Source of the DNA: Alphaproteobacteria bacterium
GTDB lineage: Bacteria > Pseudomonadota > Alphaproteobacteria > JAAXGF01
Length of the DNA stretch: 64,000 nucleotides
Direction of reading: 5' to 3'
Assembly: GCA_963555825.3 (NCBI GenBank)
Contig: CAUVXB020000002.1
Span: forward strand, 3,328,001 to 3,392,000
Numbering within the stretch: position 1 is the stretch's first letter; every line of letters starts with the position of its first letter. Positions 63,744-64,000 of the stretch are shown here, one piece after another. The notes under the pieces are model-generated. The model had not been told where the DNA came from and searched no databases. It was given only the letters and a program-made list of their open reading frames with translations. The translations under genes were made by a program, and so were the position numbers.

Positions 63744-64000
63744 ATGACAGAGCCCGCGCAATTAAACCTCCCGCTTTCGGGCCCCCCCCCCCCCCAGACG
63801 TTCTTCTAAAGCTCGGAACGCCACGAGATATATGGCTTCAGATGAACTCTGGGCTTGTTTCGCGTCTAGTCGAGAATAGGCGCGTTGAGTTCAAGTCGTT
63901 GTCAAGAATCGACTTCAACAGAATCACAGAATATCTAAGCATGTATAGCAACACTTCAGACGGTGGGGTCTTACTGCTTGGTGTTGAAAATGATGGAACC
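63744..64000 (+). CDS. AlbA_2/Schlafen-domain protein, 5' part; ATG 63744 is out of frame across a C14 tract (alternative ATG 63842)
   Basis: ENRRVEFKS...LSMYSNTSDGGVLLLGVENDGT; runs off the window. Confidence 0.75.

Larger units (their letters stand above)
61705..64000 (+). mobile_element. Putative passenger-carrying IS1595 element; right end not seen
   Basis: GGGAATTATATACGTGTTTACCCA at 61705 appears to cut an ORF starting at 61601; GTTTACCCA recurs inverted in the transposase promoter. Confidence 0.5.

Noticed and set aside
1-64000. tRNA, rRNA or CRISPR array
   Set aside because: None recognised by eye; tRNAscan-SE, Infernal and a CRISPR finder would be needed to exclude them formally.

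Overview
A GC-rich, probably proteobacterial accessory region; the host is inferred only from gene content. About half of the 64 kb is roughly 30 nested, truncated or recombined mobile elements: IS21 x4, IS66, IS630, IS256 x2, IS1595 x3, IS6 x4, IS3/IS481-like, IS110, IS1182-like, IS1202, IS1380, a MITE and a group IIC intron remnant. Removing the insertions that still have target-site duplications (TSDs) rebuilds a defence island: a ~1231-aa Dsr1-type sirtuin hit by IS66 and IS630, an intact AbiEi/AbiEii pair, a ~1486-aa sacsin-like ATPase/DUF3883 nuclease hit by an IS3-like element, a Panacea (DUF4065) gene plus membrane partner, and an AlbA/Schlafen gene. Also present are tandem tyrosine integrases, three HU genes, cadherin-repeat and pilin fragments, a coiled-coil LysM protein and an AccA-E-like ABC transporter. 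The best leads are: (1) a complete IS66 with an 887-aa coiled-coil transposase coupled to a DUF4338/DruA-like passenger; (2) an IS1182-like element sitting exactly 17 bp inside both IS256 tips; (3) a putative IS1595 cargo transposon whose AlbA gene follows a 26-bp hairpin, two NrdR-like boxes and a poly-C frameshift; (4) an IS3-like element making 14-bp TSDs; (5) a 352-bp inversion that splits both a pilin gene and an HU gene. Family names come from motif recognition by eye; no database searches were run.
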